Positions 1 to 13,330 of a stretch of DNA of 64,000 nucleotides are shown here, piece by piece (positions within the stretch are counted from its first letter, which is position 1; each line of letters opens with the position of its first letter). The notes under the pieces were generated by a model that saw nothing but the letters and a program-made list of their open reading frames with translations, searched no databases and had not been told where the DNA came from. The DNA lies in assembly GCA_951406725.2 (NCBI GenBank), contig OX597817.1, positions 83,514,001-83,578,000 of the forward strand. The letters run 5' to 3'. The stretch comes from Octopus vulgaris (Eukaryota). Position numbers and translations under genes: made by a program.

Positions 1-34
1 CATGGCCGCAGTCAAATGACTGAAGGAAATATAT

Positions 35-200
35 ATATGGCGCATGGATAAAATACTACGAAGACAAGGTTAAAGAAATCCACCAGTAGAGTGTAACAGA
101 ACGAAAAGTCTTTTATTTTCGGAGCGCACACTCTTCTACAGAAAGAAAGGGCGAGAAGAGAAAAAAAGGAAAGAGAAAAATGTCTCAATTAGACAGTCGC
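35..200 (-). mobile_element. Penelope-like pseudo-LTR fragment with degenerate minimal hammerhead (109-146)
   Basis: Minus strand reads tcttt-CTGTAGA-a-gag-tgtgcg-ctc-c-GAAA-a-TA-aaaga, resembling 37147-37180 and 59518-59552. Confidence 0.5.
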
Positions 201-250
201 TCACATACATATACATACGTACATGCATATATACATACATATACACATAT

Positions 251-318
251 ATAGCCTTGGGCCGACCAAAGCCTTGTGAGTGGATTTGGTAGACGGATAC
301 AGAAAGAAGCCCGTCGTA
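251..318 (+). mobile_element. Internal fragment of abundant SINE family A (its 3' tail is also at 1-24)
   Basis: Matches tagcct.gggccgaccaaagccttgtgagtggatttggtagac..aagaagcccgtcgta in the copy at 20103-20503. Confidence 0.75.
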
Positions 319-1348
319 AATATATATATTTACTAATTGTTTTAGATGCCTATGTTGTTAAGAGCAAGCACATGCATCCACTAGGTTCTCTCATTCTTAA
401 GCCAATGGACTATCTAGGATGCAACATATGGAAAAGAGAAGGTTGTGCCCGATTGAGACTCATTTCAATTGAGTACATTGTATTAACTTCGGCACCCACT
501 CCGGGAAGAGAAACCATGATCTTATGATCGAGGAGGCCCAACACTATAGCTACATACGTATTTTATCACTAACTCGTATAGTTATGCAGCTCTATATTCA
601 TATAAAGTTGTAGAACCAACAGAGTGCTATTTTGATCAAACTTAAGATGAACTTATGGCGTCTGTTTCGTGTAACCACCTATGTCTCGCTTCACTAAAAA
701 CTAGATTTGTTGTTGTTTTTTATTTCTTGTAAAACAATAACATGTTAAAGCATGGTGTATGTTTAAAATGTGTTTAAGAAAAGCCTATGCTGTCAATTTA
801 GCTTATATCTTTCGTTAATGTATTTCATTTAGTCACTATCATTTTATGCTGGCGTTTAATTACATTTTGTAGGAAAATGAAGAATCTTACTCTATTTCAT
901 CAATTTTTATTATATTTTCGTATTTCAAAAATTTTGTTAAAGCGTGATATTGCATGATTTGAATAACTAGAAAAACTCATATTCGAGATCATAAAATACT
1001 ATGAATTATTCATATTATTTCCACTGTTTGCAGTATGGATATGTATATTAAATTTAACTTTGATTTTAACTGAAATCTATTTCTTGAAATACAAACTAAA
1101 TATTCTGTCATTACATACAAATGTTTTAAATCACATTAAAAGTAGAGTAAAATCTTTTACCTCTAACTTGTTTTGTTAGTTTCATCAGTAAAACTGTATG
1201 TTAATGATTGTACAAACAATCGATAAAGATTCATAAAGATTCATATTTCGGTTCTAATACCATCCTGGAAGTAGCAATCGGTATTTAAACATTTGATAGC
1301 TTTCTGAAATAAAATTATGGATGGAAAATATTTTTTGTTACTACCTTT

Positions 1349-1548
<200 letters not shown>

Positions 1549-2070
1549 TTGTTGATTCGTTTGCATAAAGGAGTATATGGATTTTCCCACAAAATTTTAA
1601 TGCGACTGATTTTCTATATTTTTATTATGAGATAATTCACAGGGTATAAAATGGATATATTTATATTTAATTTGATACCCTTTTAGGTTATATATCTGTT
1701 TTATGGTTCTCTAATGATTGAAGCAATATGTATATTTACTTTCAACAAAAAGAGACTTAGAAATTTTAGATCCAGAAACAAGAACTTCAATAGACGTTCG
1801 TGTGTGTGTGTGCGTATGCGTGTGCGCCTGAGTGTATGTGTGTATGTGTGTATGTGTATGTGAATTTTTTTTTTCGGTAAATGAAGGGATCAATATCTTT
1901 AATCCGTTAATTGCAAAGTGCTAATATCCGATATATAACGGGCAGCAACATATGCTGTTCATCTAAATTCAATTATTTTTCTATATATATCATGTACTCA
2001 TTCGTTTTGCATCTTTTCTTTTCGATATCACTAGCTTAATAAGTCTAATTCCTCTACCAATTATCTCTGT

Positions 2071-2073
<3 letters not shown>

Positions 2074-2116
<43 letters not shown>

Positions 2117-2318
2117 TATACCCCCATATATATCCCCATATATATATATATATATATATATGGGGGGGGGTATGTATATACAACACAAAACGTATATATG
2201 TACACACACACATATATATATTTATATGTATATGTATGTATGTATGTATGTATGTATATATACATATAACAGTTTGCTTATTGATATATATATATGTATA
2301 TGTATGTATGGATGTATG

Positions 2319-2364
<46 letters not shown>

Positions 2365-2390
2365 TATATGTGTGTGTGTGTGTGTGTGTA
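2074..2390. repeat. (TA)n/(TATG)n/(TG)n microsatellite block
   Basis: Direct reading. Confidence 0.95.
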
Positions 2391-4193
2391 AGAGAACCAA
2401 AGTGTACGTACGCTGCTATATTTATATAAAAGGAATACAAAAAAAAAGAAGGATAGGTCATTCATTCGGAGTTTTCTTCCTTCAGTCGAGTTTCAGATTA
2501 TTTTTGCACTTCGGCTGGTTATACTCGAGATTGCTCCAATCTGGCCAACCCCAAGGAAAAACTAAGCTAAGAGCACTAGATTCCTTGGAAGAAAGCAGCG
2601 AATGTATACGATTACAAGGACGATATATATACACATACACATATATATGTCTTGCAAACATCTTGCACATGCAAGTGCTACCAGTTAAAAGCTCCGTATA
2701 TCGGAAGCTAGCAAGTGTATGGGGTCATCAGGAGTGTTCAGTTTTCGTAGTAGAATTCATAGGGACAGGTAGCTATACTCAGTGAGCTTACTGTACTATT
2801 GCACACCATTTATAACATCTGCTATCACGAACAGAACAACAATCAGAGTCAAACCGTGGATTTGATCGCAAGAGACTCTAAGACACCTTGTGCGACTAAT
2901 CTATCGCTAAGTACACAAACACATAAAAAGAAAGCAACACACCTTGCAAGTCAGGAAATCTTAAGTTATACAGTTCTAATTTTTGCAGTGAGGAACTGTC
3001 ACTATAAATGCTATTTACAATCAGATGTAATGAATGATACCGTATCTTGCGCGTAAATGCATCACAGCAGTAAAATGTGCACCAAAAATACATAAATTGG
3101 AGATTTAATGCTCTAGAGGCTCGATCAGCTGTGATTCAACTAATTGTTTAATATAGTTCATTAGTTTCATATAAATTTAAAATAAACCGAACTGATTTGA
3201 TTTTCTTTCAAAGAAATACTTTTGTCATTAAATTCCCATATTTTACGTCTCTAGAGAACGACAGTTTCCACTCAATTCAATTTTATTGTCGCTGCAAATT
3301 TGCCGATATGCGTACAACGAAAAGACACAATTATTTATAGTAAAAGTGAATGCATTCACACACACATGCACTAACACACCACACACCGCACACAAACATA
3401 CACAACACGCGCACGCACGCACAGATGGTTTTAAATATATTTTGGTGCTGGTAAGACTGAGTTAGTAAAACTGTCAATGAATAAAGATGAACCTTCATTT
3501 ACATTTGGCAATACTTAAGTTTTCCAGATGCACACATACACAAACATATACATAAACTTACACACACAAACTCACACATACGTACATACATGTATGTATG
3601 TATATATACACACACACATACATTCATATGCATACATATATATGTATATATATTTATATCTACACACGCGAATACGCACATGCCCGCCTATATTATTATT
3701 AGTAGTAGGAGTAATATTAGTATTAGTATTTTATTAAAGCATAAGTTTACAGTTTTACGATTCTGTGTCGATAATTTTAGTCTCTTAAGAATTTAATGAG
3801 AGAAAATCGGTATGCAGGTTATTTGATATAATTAGGAAAGAAGAAAAGAAGGAAGGAATGCATAATTCAAAGGATGGATTCGAAGCATAAAGAAGATAAG
3901 GTAGAGTTGTGTTATGTGATTTAATTTAAAATTATAGCCATTATATACCGTATTTAGTAGCAGGCTTATTATTTAAGAATAGAATTTGATGTTAAGATTT
4001 AATACAAGAGGGAGGGCAAGATACAATTGATCGAAATTGCAAGAGACGGGCCTACAATTCCAGTCTGTTATATATTTTGAGTATTGTTATCACTAGTGAT
4101 ATATAACTTTGTATTTTGTATTTTATGTGTAGATGTATATATATATAGCTGTACATGTAATATGTACACATATATATACACATATATACATGC

Positions 4194-4233
4194 ACTAGCA
4201 CTATGACCCGGCAACGACGGGTCATAATGCTAG

Positions 4234-4234
<1 letters not shown>
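4194..4234. repeat. 41-bp hairpin with ACTAG...CTAGT ends (mini Helitron-like remnant)
   Basis: actagcactatgacccg-gcaacga-cgggtcataatgctagt; 17-bp arms with 1 mismatch, in a TA-rich context. Confidence 0.55.
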
Positions 4235-4265
<31 letters not shown>

Positions 4266-4328
4266 TATATATTATATTATTATTTGATTAAACGCCACGC
4301 ATCCATTTCCAAGTATATAAATATATAA

Positions 4329-4397
<69 letters not shown>

Positions 4398-5619
4398 TAA
4401 ACTAATGAAATGTGTACATCAATAGAAAATACAGATCATATACCTATCTTTCTGTACCTCCCTCCCTCTACCTACGTATATCCATACGTGCGCGCACACA
4501 TACTTATGTAGGCATATATGCGTATATTGTGAACTTTTTTTAATAAAGGGGAATGCCTATAAAAACCTTGAGATAATAGTAGGAGTGATATCTGCGGAGA
4601 AGATATTGGTAAACAGATTTATTATAATGAAGAGAAATAACATGTTGAATAAATTATTGCGATAAACCATAAACTATAAAGGATTTGAAAATATGCCTTA
4701 GAATTTTAGAGGCGATATAATCGGGATATCTCAACATAGAACGGTTATTAGGATGGGAGAATAAACAGAGGGAATTTAAGGAAATAGTACAAGAAAAATA
4801 TAACAAATGAGTTATCCAATAGCAGGAAATACATACAAATTAGCCACGAACATGGCAGAAGCGTTGCAACGTTGGCAAATGCTGGGATGTAATGACATGA
4901 AGAAAACATATGATGCGTACTGGGATGTAGTGTTAAGAAATACATATAAAATCAAAGTATTAGTGGGAAAATATATGCGCATAAAATATCACTGTATTTC
5001 ATTATAGGCAGAAATACTTATATAGATTTACAAGTGAATACATAAACACACACACACATATAAAAACACATATATATACATATGTGACTATATATAGATG
5101 TAGATATATGCGTATATATACATATATATGTTTATGTATATATATACATATATACACACATGTATATATATTTATGTATATACACAAACATCTATAAAAA
5201 CAATACATATGCACACATACATGTGTGAATAGTTAAACATCGACGCACTTGCGTTGGGCATACCGGATGGCATATCTTAAAGTACATTATTCACGTTAAA
5301 TTAATATATTAATAAATACATAGGTACAAATACATACTTTAATATATGTATATATATATATATATCGTAAATAATTTATACATGTACGTACTCATCAATA
5401 AACATACAACCATATCTTTATTTACATAAATTAACATACATATATGCATAAATGTATTATCTATCTACACCTATGCACACGCACACAGACACACATTGAG
5501 CATTACAATACATAGAATTATCATTTTTTATTTCATTACCATTTTGTTTTTATTTAGCTGTAATATTTTTGTTGTGTATACTTTTTCCTGTGTGTGTGCG
5601 CGCGCATGTGTGTATAAAG

Positions 5620-5651
<32 letters not shown>

Positions 5652-5672
5652 TAAGATATATTTACTTACTTG

Positions 5673-6059
5673 TATGTAGTTAAATCTATATCCGGTCTTA
5701 GATTGACTAATGGTTTCGCATCCAAAAAGTGCTTAGCCCCGTGGACATATCGGCAGACTCTAAAGCCGAAGACAAATGTAGCTCTTCACCTCTGGGAGGC
5801 AGGCATCCGTTACGGTCATTTGATCAGTAAGTCACCAAAGAATGAATACTCTGGATATAATCCGTTCTCGTTGACCCCCAGAGTATTTATTTTCTGGTGA
5901 CTTACTCACCAAGCGACCGTAACGGATTCCTGCCTCCCAGAGGTGAACAGTTACATTTGTCTTCGGCTTTAGAGACTGGCGAGACGTTCACGAGCCTAAG
6001 CCCTTTGTGGATGCGAAACCATTGGTCAATCTATGACCGGACATAGACTTAACCACATA
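5673..6059. mobile_element. Fold-back/MITE-like palindrome with ~180-bp arms
   Basis: Left arm 5673-5854 and right arm 5878-6059 are reverse complements with scattered mismatches (e.g. ttcacctctgggaggcagg / cctgcctcccagaggtgaa). Confidence 0.9.
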
Positions 6060-6189
6060 TAAAAACATTACTGCATTATGCTTTGAGTGTGCTTCTTTTT
6101 CGGACATATGATACATTGACGATATATATATATGTATGTAAGTATGTATGTATGTATGTATGTATGTATATGTGTGTGTATGTATGCAT

Positions 6190-6240
6190 CGTCTTAGTTA
6201 CTGATGAGGGAGGTGAGCTCCCTTGTCAGTAACTAAGACG
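6190..6240. repeat. 51-bp near-perfect hairpin containing CTGATGA
   Basis: cgtcttagttactgatgagggag-gtgag-ctcccttgtcagtaactaagacg. Confidence 0.9.
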
Positions 6241-7492
6241 GTACATTATTGTGGCTATGAAGAGTTTTGGACTGGAAGGTGTTTAAAATGCTTTTTAATA
6301 TTTTTTTGTTAATTTTCTGGAACCTAAAGACTCATACTGACAAATATCACCAATTATGCACTCACAATTGAAGCACAATTACGCCCCACCATTCTAGTGA
6401 TAAATCTAAGAGGCCAGTTCTTGTCTGTAATAACTGCAGAATCTAAAAGAAGGCAAATGACTTCGTTTTGTAGACCAGATTAAATAGGGGAAATACTTCA
6501 TACTATTAAATCGGTTTCAATTTTTTTTATTTCTATATCTATTTGGCAGCGGACTAGGATTTATGTATGCGTTGCAGGAAAACAGTTCATTATCCCAATA
6601 TAAAAAACTTTCTGAAAGAAATCAGCCTTTCTCTTTGCTTAAGTTACGCAAAAGTAATGGAAAGTAAAAGTCGCGGACTTAATTTATCACTGCTTGTGTG
6701 AAATCTATACTATATATTTCCATACGTCTCAATGGTAGTTAAAATGGAAATCTACACTATATATTTCCATACGTCTTTTATTCACCACTGATTGTCATAA
6801 TTTAATCTTGTAATCGCTGTGTTCCTGGCATGAATATATTATGCCTCAATTTTTTTTTATTTACTTTGTCAGCTTTACTTCACAAAGATGCGCACATGCA
6901 TACAAGCATTACACTTTTGTGGGGGTGTGAGAATGTGTGAGTGTGTGTGTGTATGTGCGTGTGTGTCAGGCGTTTCCATTTGTGCACTGGTGTGTGTGTG
7001 TGTAAAACTATATGTATATTTCACATTCCAATCAAAATACAACGACATTTAGTAACTGTCAAAACTTACTAAGAATGTATATCATTGTTCTGAATTTCTC
7101 GGTTCACAAACACTGTTGAGGTGTCAATCTGTTATCATTTGGCAGATATCAACAGGCATCAGGAAATAATAAATTCACTGAATTCTTTAAAAAAAGTGTC
7201 AAAAGACTCTTGTTCAATTGTGTGTTGCGGAGCAGCTTTGGTTGGGTGGACACGCGACGGCGTCGAAACGCAGGTAATTAAAGTCAACTTGCACCGAGAA
7301 ACCGAGTGTGTTATGGCCGCACATTTGTCTGAAAGAAGTTGCTTTCTAATAACGAAATACAACAGCGATTAGCATAGTTACGTTAGAATCTGCCGGAACG
7401 TATGTAGTATGAACATGTATATCATTGTGTGTGTGTATGTATGTATGTATGTATGTATGTATGTATGTATGTATGTATGTATGTTTATGTCA

Positions 7493-8040
7493 GGTCACTT
7501 TCGAGTGCTACTGGTAACATGTAACCCAGTACAACCTGTTGCACGGTCGGGTCGTCAGCGACTAAATGGGCAACCCCACCAAGCTTGCTTGGTGAGGAGG
7601 GTGTTTATTGGACACCCTGCGGGATGAAAAACAAAACCCGTCAAAGGGCGGAGGAACTCTTGAGAGTCAACGGCCATTTAATAAAAGTCTTAAGGCTGTA
7701 TCATGCGTGGGGACATAGAAATAATCGGACTGAATACCCAATCGCGCGGTGAAACTATTGGGAGTGAAGGACTCCTAGCCTTTGTTAGGGCATCCTTCTA
7801 GGAGAATGTAACTCAGGTAACTGGGATAGCTCCAACATAAAACCTGCGGCTCAGTGGTTACCTATGATGTTGACTTGTTCTTCTTTTCGGATTATGACTG
7901 CTGCTGCTTAGTAAGTAGGATTGACTCAGTGCACAGCCTTTCCTCACTTAAAAAAATCTTCTTGCACAGGAATTGCACGATAACAACATTGATTAAGCTT
8001 CGTGCAATGACCATACTCGATAACGAGGGGGCAGCCACCA
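7493..8040 (+). mobile_element. RTE-LINE 5'UTR-like non-autonomous element inserted in (TGTA)n
   Basis: GC-richer island flanked by (tgta)n on both sides. Contains RTE-5'UTR-like motifs (gcaaccccacc..ggtgaggaggg; ttagggcatccttctaggagaatgtaactc) and an HDV-like fold at its start. Confidence 0.55.
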
Positions 8041-11000
8041 TGTATGTATGTATATATGTGTGTATGTATGTATTATGTATGTATTTAAAATTGCTATGAG
8101 GAAATATTCCTTTTGAAAGAATTTGAAACAAAACTAAAGGCAACAAGTTTAAATACAAGTTTAAATACATCTAGATCTTGAGCTATATTTTTAGCATCTA
8201 AATGGAGCTCTGAACTTCACTCACGTTTCTTGCTAGATACGTAACATATACTTACGTAAAGTATTCATGTAAGTAGTAAATATTTTATTTCATGTCTAAC
8301 TCTTCGCTAACGACTTATGTGAGGCAAACATGTCGAAAATTAATTTCATTATATCAATTTAAATACTCGAAATGCATGTCACCAACTGAGCTTATCCATT
8401 TCTGTTGGATAATGCGTTTTCAACTAAATTATCAAATCATGTAAAATGTTTAATTTTTTTTTTCTATTTAAAATATCAACAAGCTAATATCAAATTAATA
8501 TCAAATTAACAAATTAATATCTAACAATATTTTATACGAAACATTTCCCACGGTAAATATTAATATTGTAGCTTCGCTTTTAAACATCAGAAGGAAGTAA
8601 AAAGATTCGGAAATTAAAATTTGACTGGACCTAGTAAACTTACTTTCATTCTAGAAACATCGTTGCGGGGAACGGAAATTAACCACATAGCCTGTGAAGA
8701 TTTTACCTCTTTTGTCTCTTGGCTAGCTACCGTTAAAAAAAACGAAGACATATAGCACAGAGACAGTCCACCATAAAAACATTAATATTGCAGACATGAT
8801 GATTTGAAAGTTTTTCAATTCAAGTAAATATACTTATGTCTTTGGTTTATGATATAAAATATAAATTCATTGTACAGCTTCTACATTTCTTCATTTCTTT
8901 TTATGCGTAAGCGTGAACTTCTTTGCAACATTCTTTAACAGACCTTTGTGTTCAACTTTATATAATACACTGACACTGTTATAAGCAAATAACTAGGTAG
9001 ATAACGAACACTCGCATAGTTACTGAAATGAAATCCGTTAAACGCTTTGGACTCGTAGGCCGATACATAATTCTTCATCCGTCAATTGATTTAGTTGTTG
9101 GGAATATATAAGAGAAGCTGACGTTCAATCAAGGAAATGTTTCTCTAATTCGCATATCAACAGTAGCATAGACCTAAGCTCCGACGGCTATGCTTGCATT
9201 GTAGTTATTTACATTCTTATATAGAACTATGGTAAATATGAGTTTTGATTTCGACTTATGTGGTTTTCAAACTTGGCTCCCCAAGAGACATAACTATATG
9301 TAAAATGTATGACTATAATCAAGATGACAGTAGCTGCAAACACTGTTCAAGAATAAATAGTGTGTCCTTATCAGTCTTCCACATACAGATTCATAATAAA
9401 AAGTTTATATTCTCCAGCGTATAAGTATTACTTAGTTGCAACTTTGAGTATTTTCATTGAACTATTTCTTCAGAATTCCCACTTTTCAGAGCTATAAATG
9501 CATAAATATAGTCTACACAGATATTTCTTTGAGGCCATGAATCACTTAAGATTTCTATTGGTGTTTGCAAAAATATCTATACTAAATAACCCTACCGAAG
9601 AAGGTAGATACGATTTTAGCTGAAAATAGTTTCGATGCTTGAAGGAAATCATGTCCTGCAGTAGTTTCATTATATTCATAAGCGGAAGGAAATATGAAAA
9701 ACGATTACTTAAGCAGGATTGAAAATTAATAGTTGAAAGCTAAACGGTCGAAACTCTCTATCATTACCTAACTTAGTGCAGCATCGTTTTGCTACCGATT
9801 ACCACCCATTAACGTAGCGAAATGTTAAGTCAGCGAAAATGAAGCAAAATAGACTTATAAGTTTTGTTCAAGAAACCAAATCAGTTCGCAATTCACCAGG
9901 GAGCAAATCGTTTCACGTATAACATGTTCGTCACTAGTTATTAATTATCGTGATGTGTAATCTCGAGTAATAAGAAAGGCAGAAAGACCTCATCTTTAAT
10001 TTCGCTCCTTTGCTAACAAATGGGATAATTATTCATTAATGGAAACGACGAAATATCAAAATCAAGCCCAAGTGTCAAATATTTTGTTTATTTATATACC
10101 ACAGTCGTTTATATGTATGTTTAAATCCATATATATTTATACGCTTAAATATTTCTCCAGATCCTACAGTACCTAATCATATATAATCAACTCTTTACTA
10201 TATGTTTTCTATTTATTACATATTCCATGACAAACTCGATTACAGAATGACAGAATGACTCGGATCTTTCAACTAACTAACTAATTAAATATTATACTGA
10301 ATTAAGTGAACGTCTCGAAAGTTGTGTCGTATAAGTTGCATATGTTATAATCTATTTATACTATAGACATCTCAGGAAAACATTCGCACGTCAATATTAT
10401 GCTATTGGTTGTTTTCAAATAATGATTATATGATCTTCAGAAGCAGAGATAAGCAAAATTATATATAGTTTCCTTCTCATAACACATTTACAGTTCTCAC
10501 TGATAATCTTTTCAACTTCGTTAAATTTACATTAAAATTTTACTCAAATATGTTGATGTCAATGTTATGTTTTTCTTTACAAATATATTTATCAAAAATA
10601 ATTTCATATAGAAGAATATAAGTGGATGGAAGAATGGATAAAGAGAAGATGCTTAAGAATAGCTAAATGTTTGATGAATTATGTAAACATCACCGAAAAG
10701 AAATCGATTCATCAATAAAACCACTACGTATAATTTTTCTATACCGGCGAGCAACATAGCCTTCTGATAGAAACTCGAAATTAAGATATAAAACTGCTAC
10801 ACTTTAAGGCGTGATAAGGTAATATCGTGAATTCTAACAAATCAAAATTGCGTTTCAGATTTTATTTTACTTCAACAAACTGATTATGCCATTTGAGAGT
10901 TTGTTAAATTCATTTACCGTGAGAAGTGAAGAATCTAAAATTTATGCTTTTTAACCTTAATTTTACAAGCTCATTGCCAAATCTACAACACCTGCCATTC

Positions 11001-12779
11001 ATTCACTCCTTCTGACTCTCAGTCTATCCATTTATCTATCTATCTCTCTACCTATCTATTTAACTAACTAACTGAACTATTTAACTATCTACCTATCTAT
11101 TTAACTACAGCAACTGAACTCTACGAACTCTGATGTTCGCGCTTGTTTTTCAGAATCTTCACATATACAAATAATAGTATCACATGATATTTATCCAAAT
11201 TTGTCAACTTCTATATTTTAGGCAATTGCCAATTGGAACAACTTTTATCAATATTGTGAGATCTAAAGTTCGGTGTGAAGAGGAAAATAATGATAGGAAG
11301 CAAGGTCATGGTCATCATAGTCGTCATCATCATCATCATCATCAATATTATCATCACCGTCATCCTTGGCCATCCTCTTCATCTTTTTATTTATTATTAC
11401 AAGCTCCAATGTCATCATAAACCGCAGTCACCATCATCTTCATCCCCATGAAAATAAGATATGAATTATACATTTTCGTATTTATATTAACACATATTAG
11501 CTAAAGAAATGAGACAGTTGCATTCAAATATCTTACCTGAAAAGACATGTATCTCTTATGTCTCCACTAATTCAATCCTCTAATGATTTGCGGAAATATA
11601 TTTGTAAAGTTAGTTACAAACGTAATTTTACTGTAAACATATCTTTACATTTATCGCTTTAAATAATATTTTCACTCAAACACATCATTTCCTTCCTAAG
11701 AAGTTTGAAAATAATCTCAAACATTAGTTATATTCTGCATATACTTCCTAATTTCAAGATTGAAGATTCAAGATTTAAATCTAAATTAGGCTTAATTGGG
11801 TTTTTGAATTGAGCATTTTTTACTGCATTGTTATTGGATTTTTGTTACTTTTATTTATTTTTTTTGCTTTACATGATCGTGTTGTTGCGTGAATGATTTT
11901 ATCTTCAATAGAACGTTAAGCAAGTGACTGATCAACCATTGATTAAGCAAATACGATATCCGTTTCTTTAAAACAAATAAAGGTTATCATCTTGGTACTG
12001 CTAGTCTAATAAAAAGAGCCTTAACTTGAAGAAAATTTTTAAAATTCTATAATGATCAACAGAGCAATGTTGTGTAATAACATTATTCGTGTTAACATAG
12101 ACTACACACTTTTAGTTTAATTTTTTTTGTATGTAATTTATGATTCAAGAGTTACCAGCTGTAGTCTAACTGATATAGGAATTAGTAAGACTAGAATGAA
12201 GATAAAAACAAGAAAAATTATAATTGCATTGAGAATGTACTTCCAAAAGTCTCACGTAGAAAGATTTTATTTATAACGTACACAGAGGCGAAGAGCCATA
12301 TTCCACTAGAAAACTATAATAAATTATTCACGCTTGGACTGCAACAATGCCTAGTGAAGAACAACTGGAAACTAATAACTACAAAATACGCAACTAATAG
12401 CTACAAAATACTAACAAGATTTTAAAAAAACACTTTGCCTTTGATTAAGCCAACAGATATGAAACAAAGTCTGAGTTGACAAAAAGTTAAAACAGGAGAA
12501 ATAACGACAGGAATTGAGCAAAGGTTAAAAACAAAACTCAATCAAAGGTTACATAATGTCAAGCTAACACAACTGGAAGGCAATCCTTCACAAGTAACTA
12601 TCTGCAATATTTAGCAAAGTAGAAATGTACGATGAAAAATTGCAGAACTGGCTGATAAGTGTAACATTAAAAGCTGAAACTGGCAGATTCTTGAGCACAG
12701 AATCAAAGCTTTCATAGAAGAAATCTTCACAAGTATGTTGTAAAGCAGAATGCATTAAGTAATTGCAAGATATGTAGAG

Positions 12780-13330
12780 TTTTGCAAGAAACAATATTTT
12801 CTATTGCTGTTGAAGCTTATCCCAGAAAGATTATATTCACAAGCATGAGTTGGGTCTTTCATTTCACTGGAACTTATACCGACAGAAATATATTTGTATA
12901 AACATAGATCGAGATAGGTCTTAGAATGACAAAATTAATATGCTCTGGAATATACTGATACACAGAGACAGGGTGACCAATGATAACCATGAAAAGGAAA
13001 GACGGCGCTTCTTAATTGAAGTCCCGACTCCAACAGATGTTTATATATGTGTTGAAATAGGATACTTGAATCATCTGTTGAGGCGTTTATATATCAGTGA
13101 ACAAAATGGAAAAATTATACAGATACAAAAAAATGGCATTTGTGAAACACTATAAGGCGTCGTGGAAATGATTTTAAAAAGCATAAACAAACACATAAAT
13201 AGATATGCACAAATATACAACATACCAAAAATAACATTATTAGGTGCCGCACACATATTCGTCCTTTGAATGCAATGAGCATTACAAAACTAAAACAAAA
13301 CACTGTATATAGACACACTGAGAAGCTCTC
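12780..13330 (+). mobile_element. Decayed R4/Dong-type (RLE) non-LTR retrotransposon 3' fragment
   Basis: Broken peptides LWNILIHRDR, FLIEVPTPTD and IPKITLLGAAHI resemble the RLE C-terminus. Confidence 0.5.

Noticed and set aside
2455-2520. Further hammerhead candidates (minus-strand CTGAAGG/CTGAAGA near 2480, 18085 and 63548; partial GAAA half near 17722)
   Set aside because: No convincing stem II plus GAAA plus UH arrangement in these copies; probably PLE-related but unsupported
4560-5010. Purine-rich stretch resembling LINE debris (also 15290-15620 and 16380-16860)
   Set aside because: Too decayed to recover a diagnostic motif by eye
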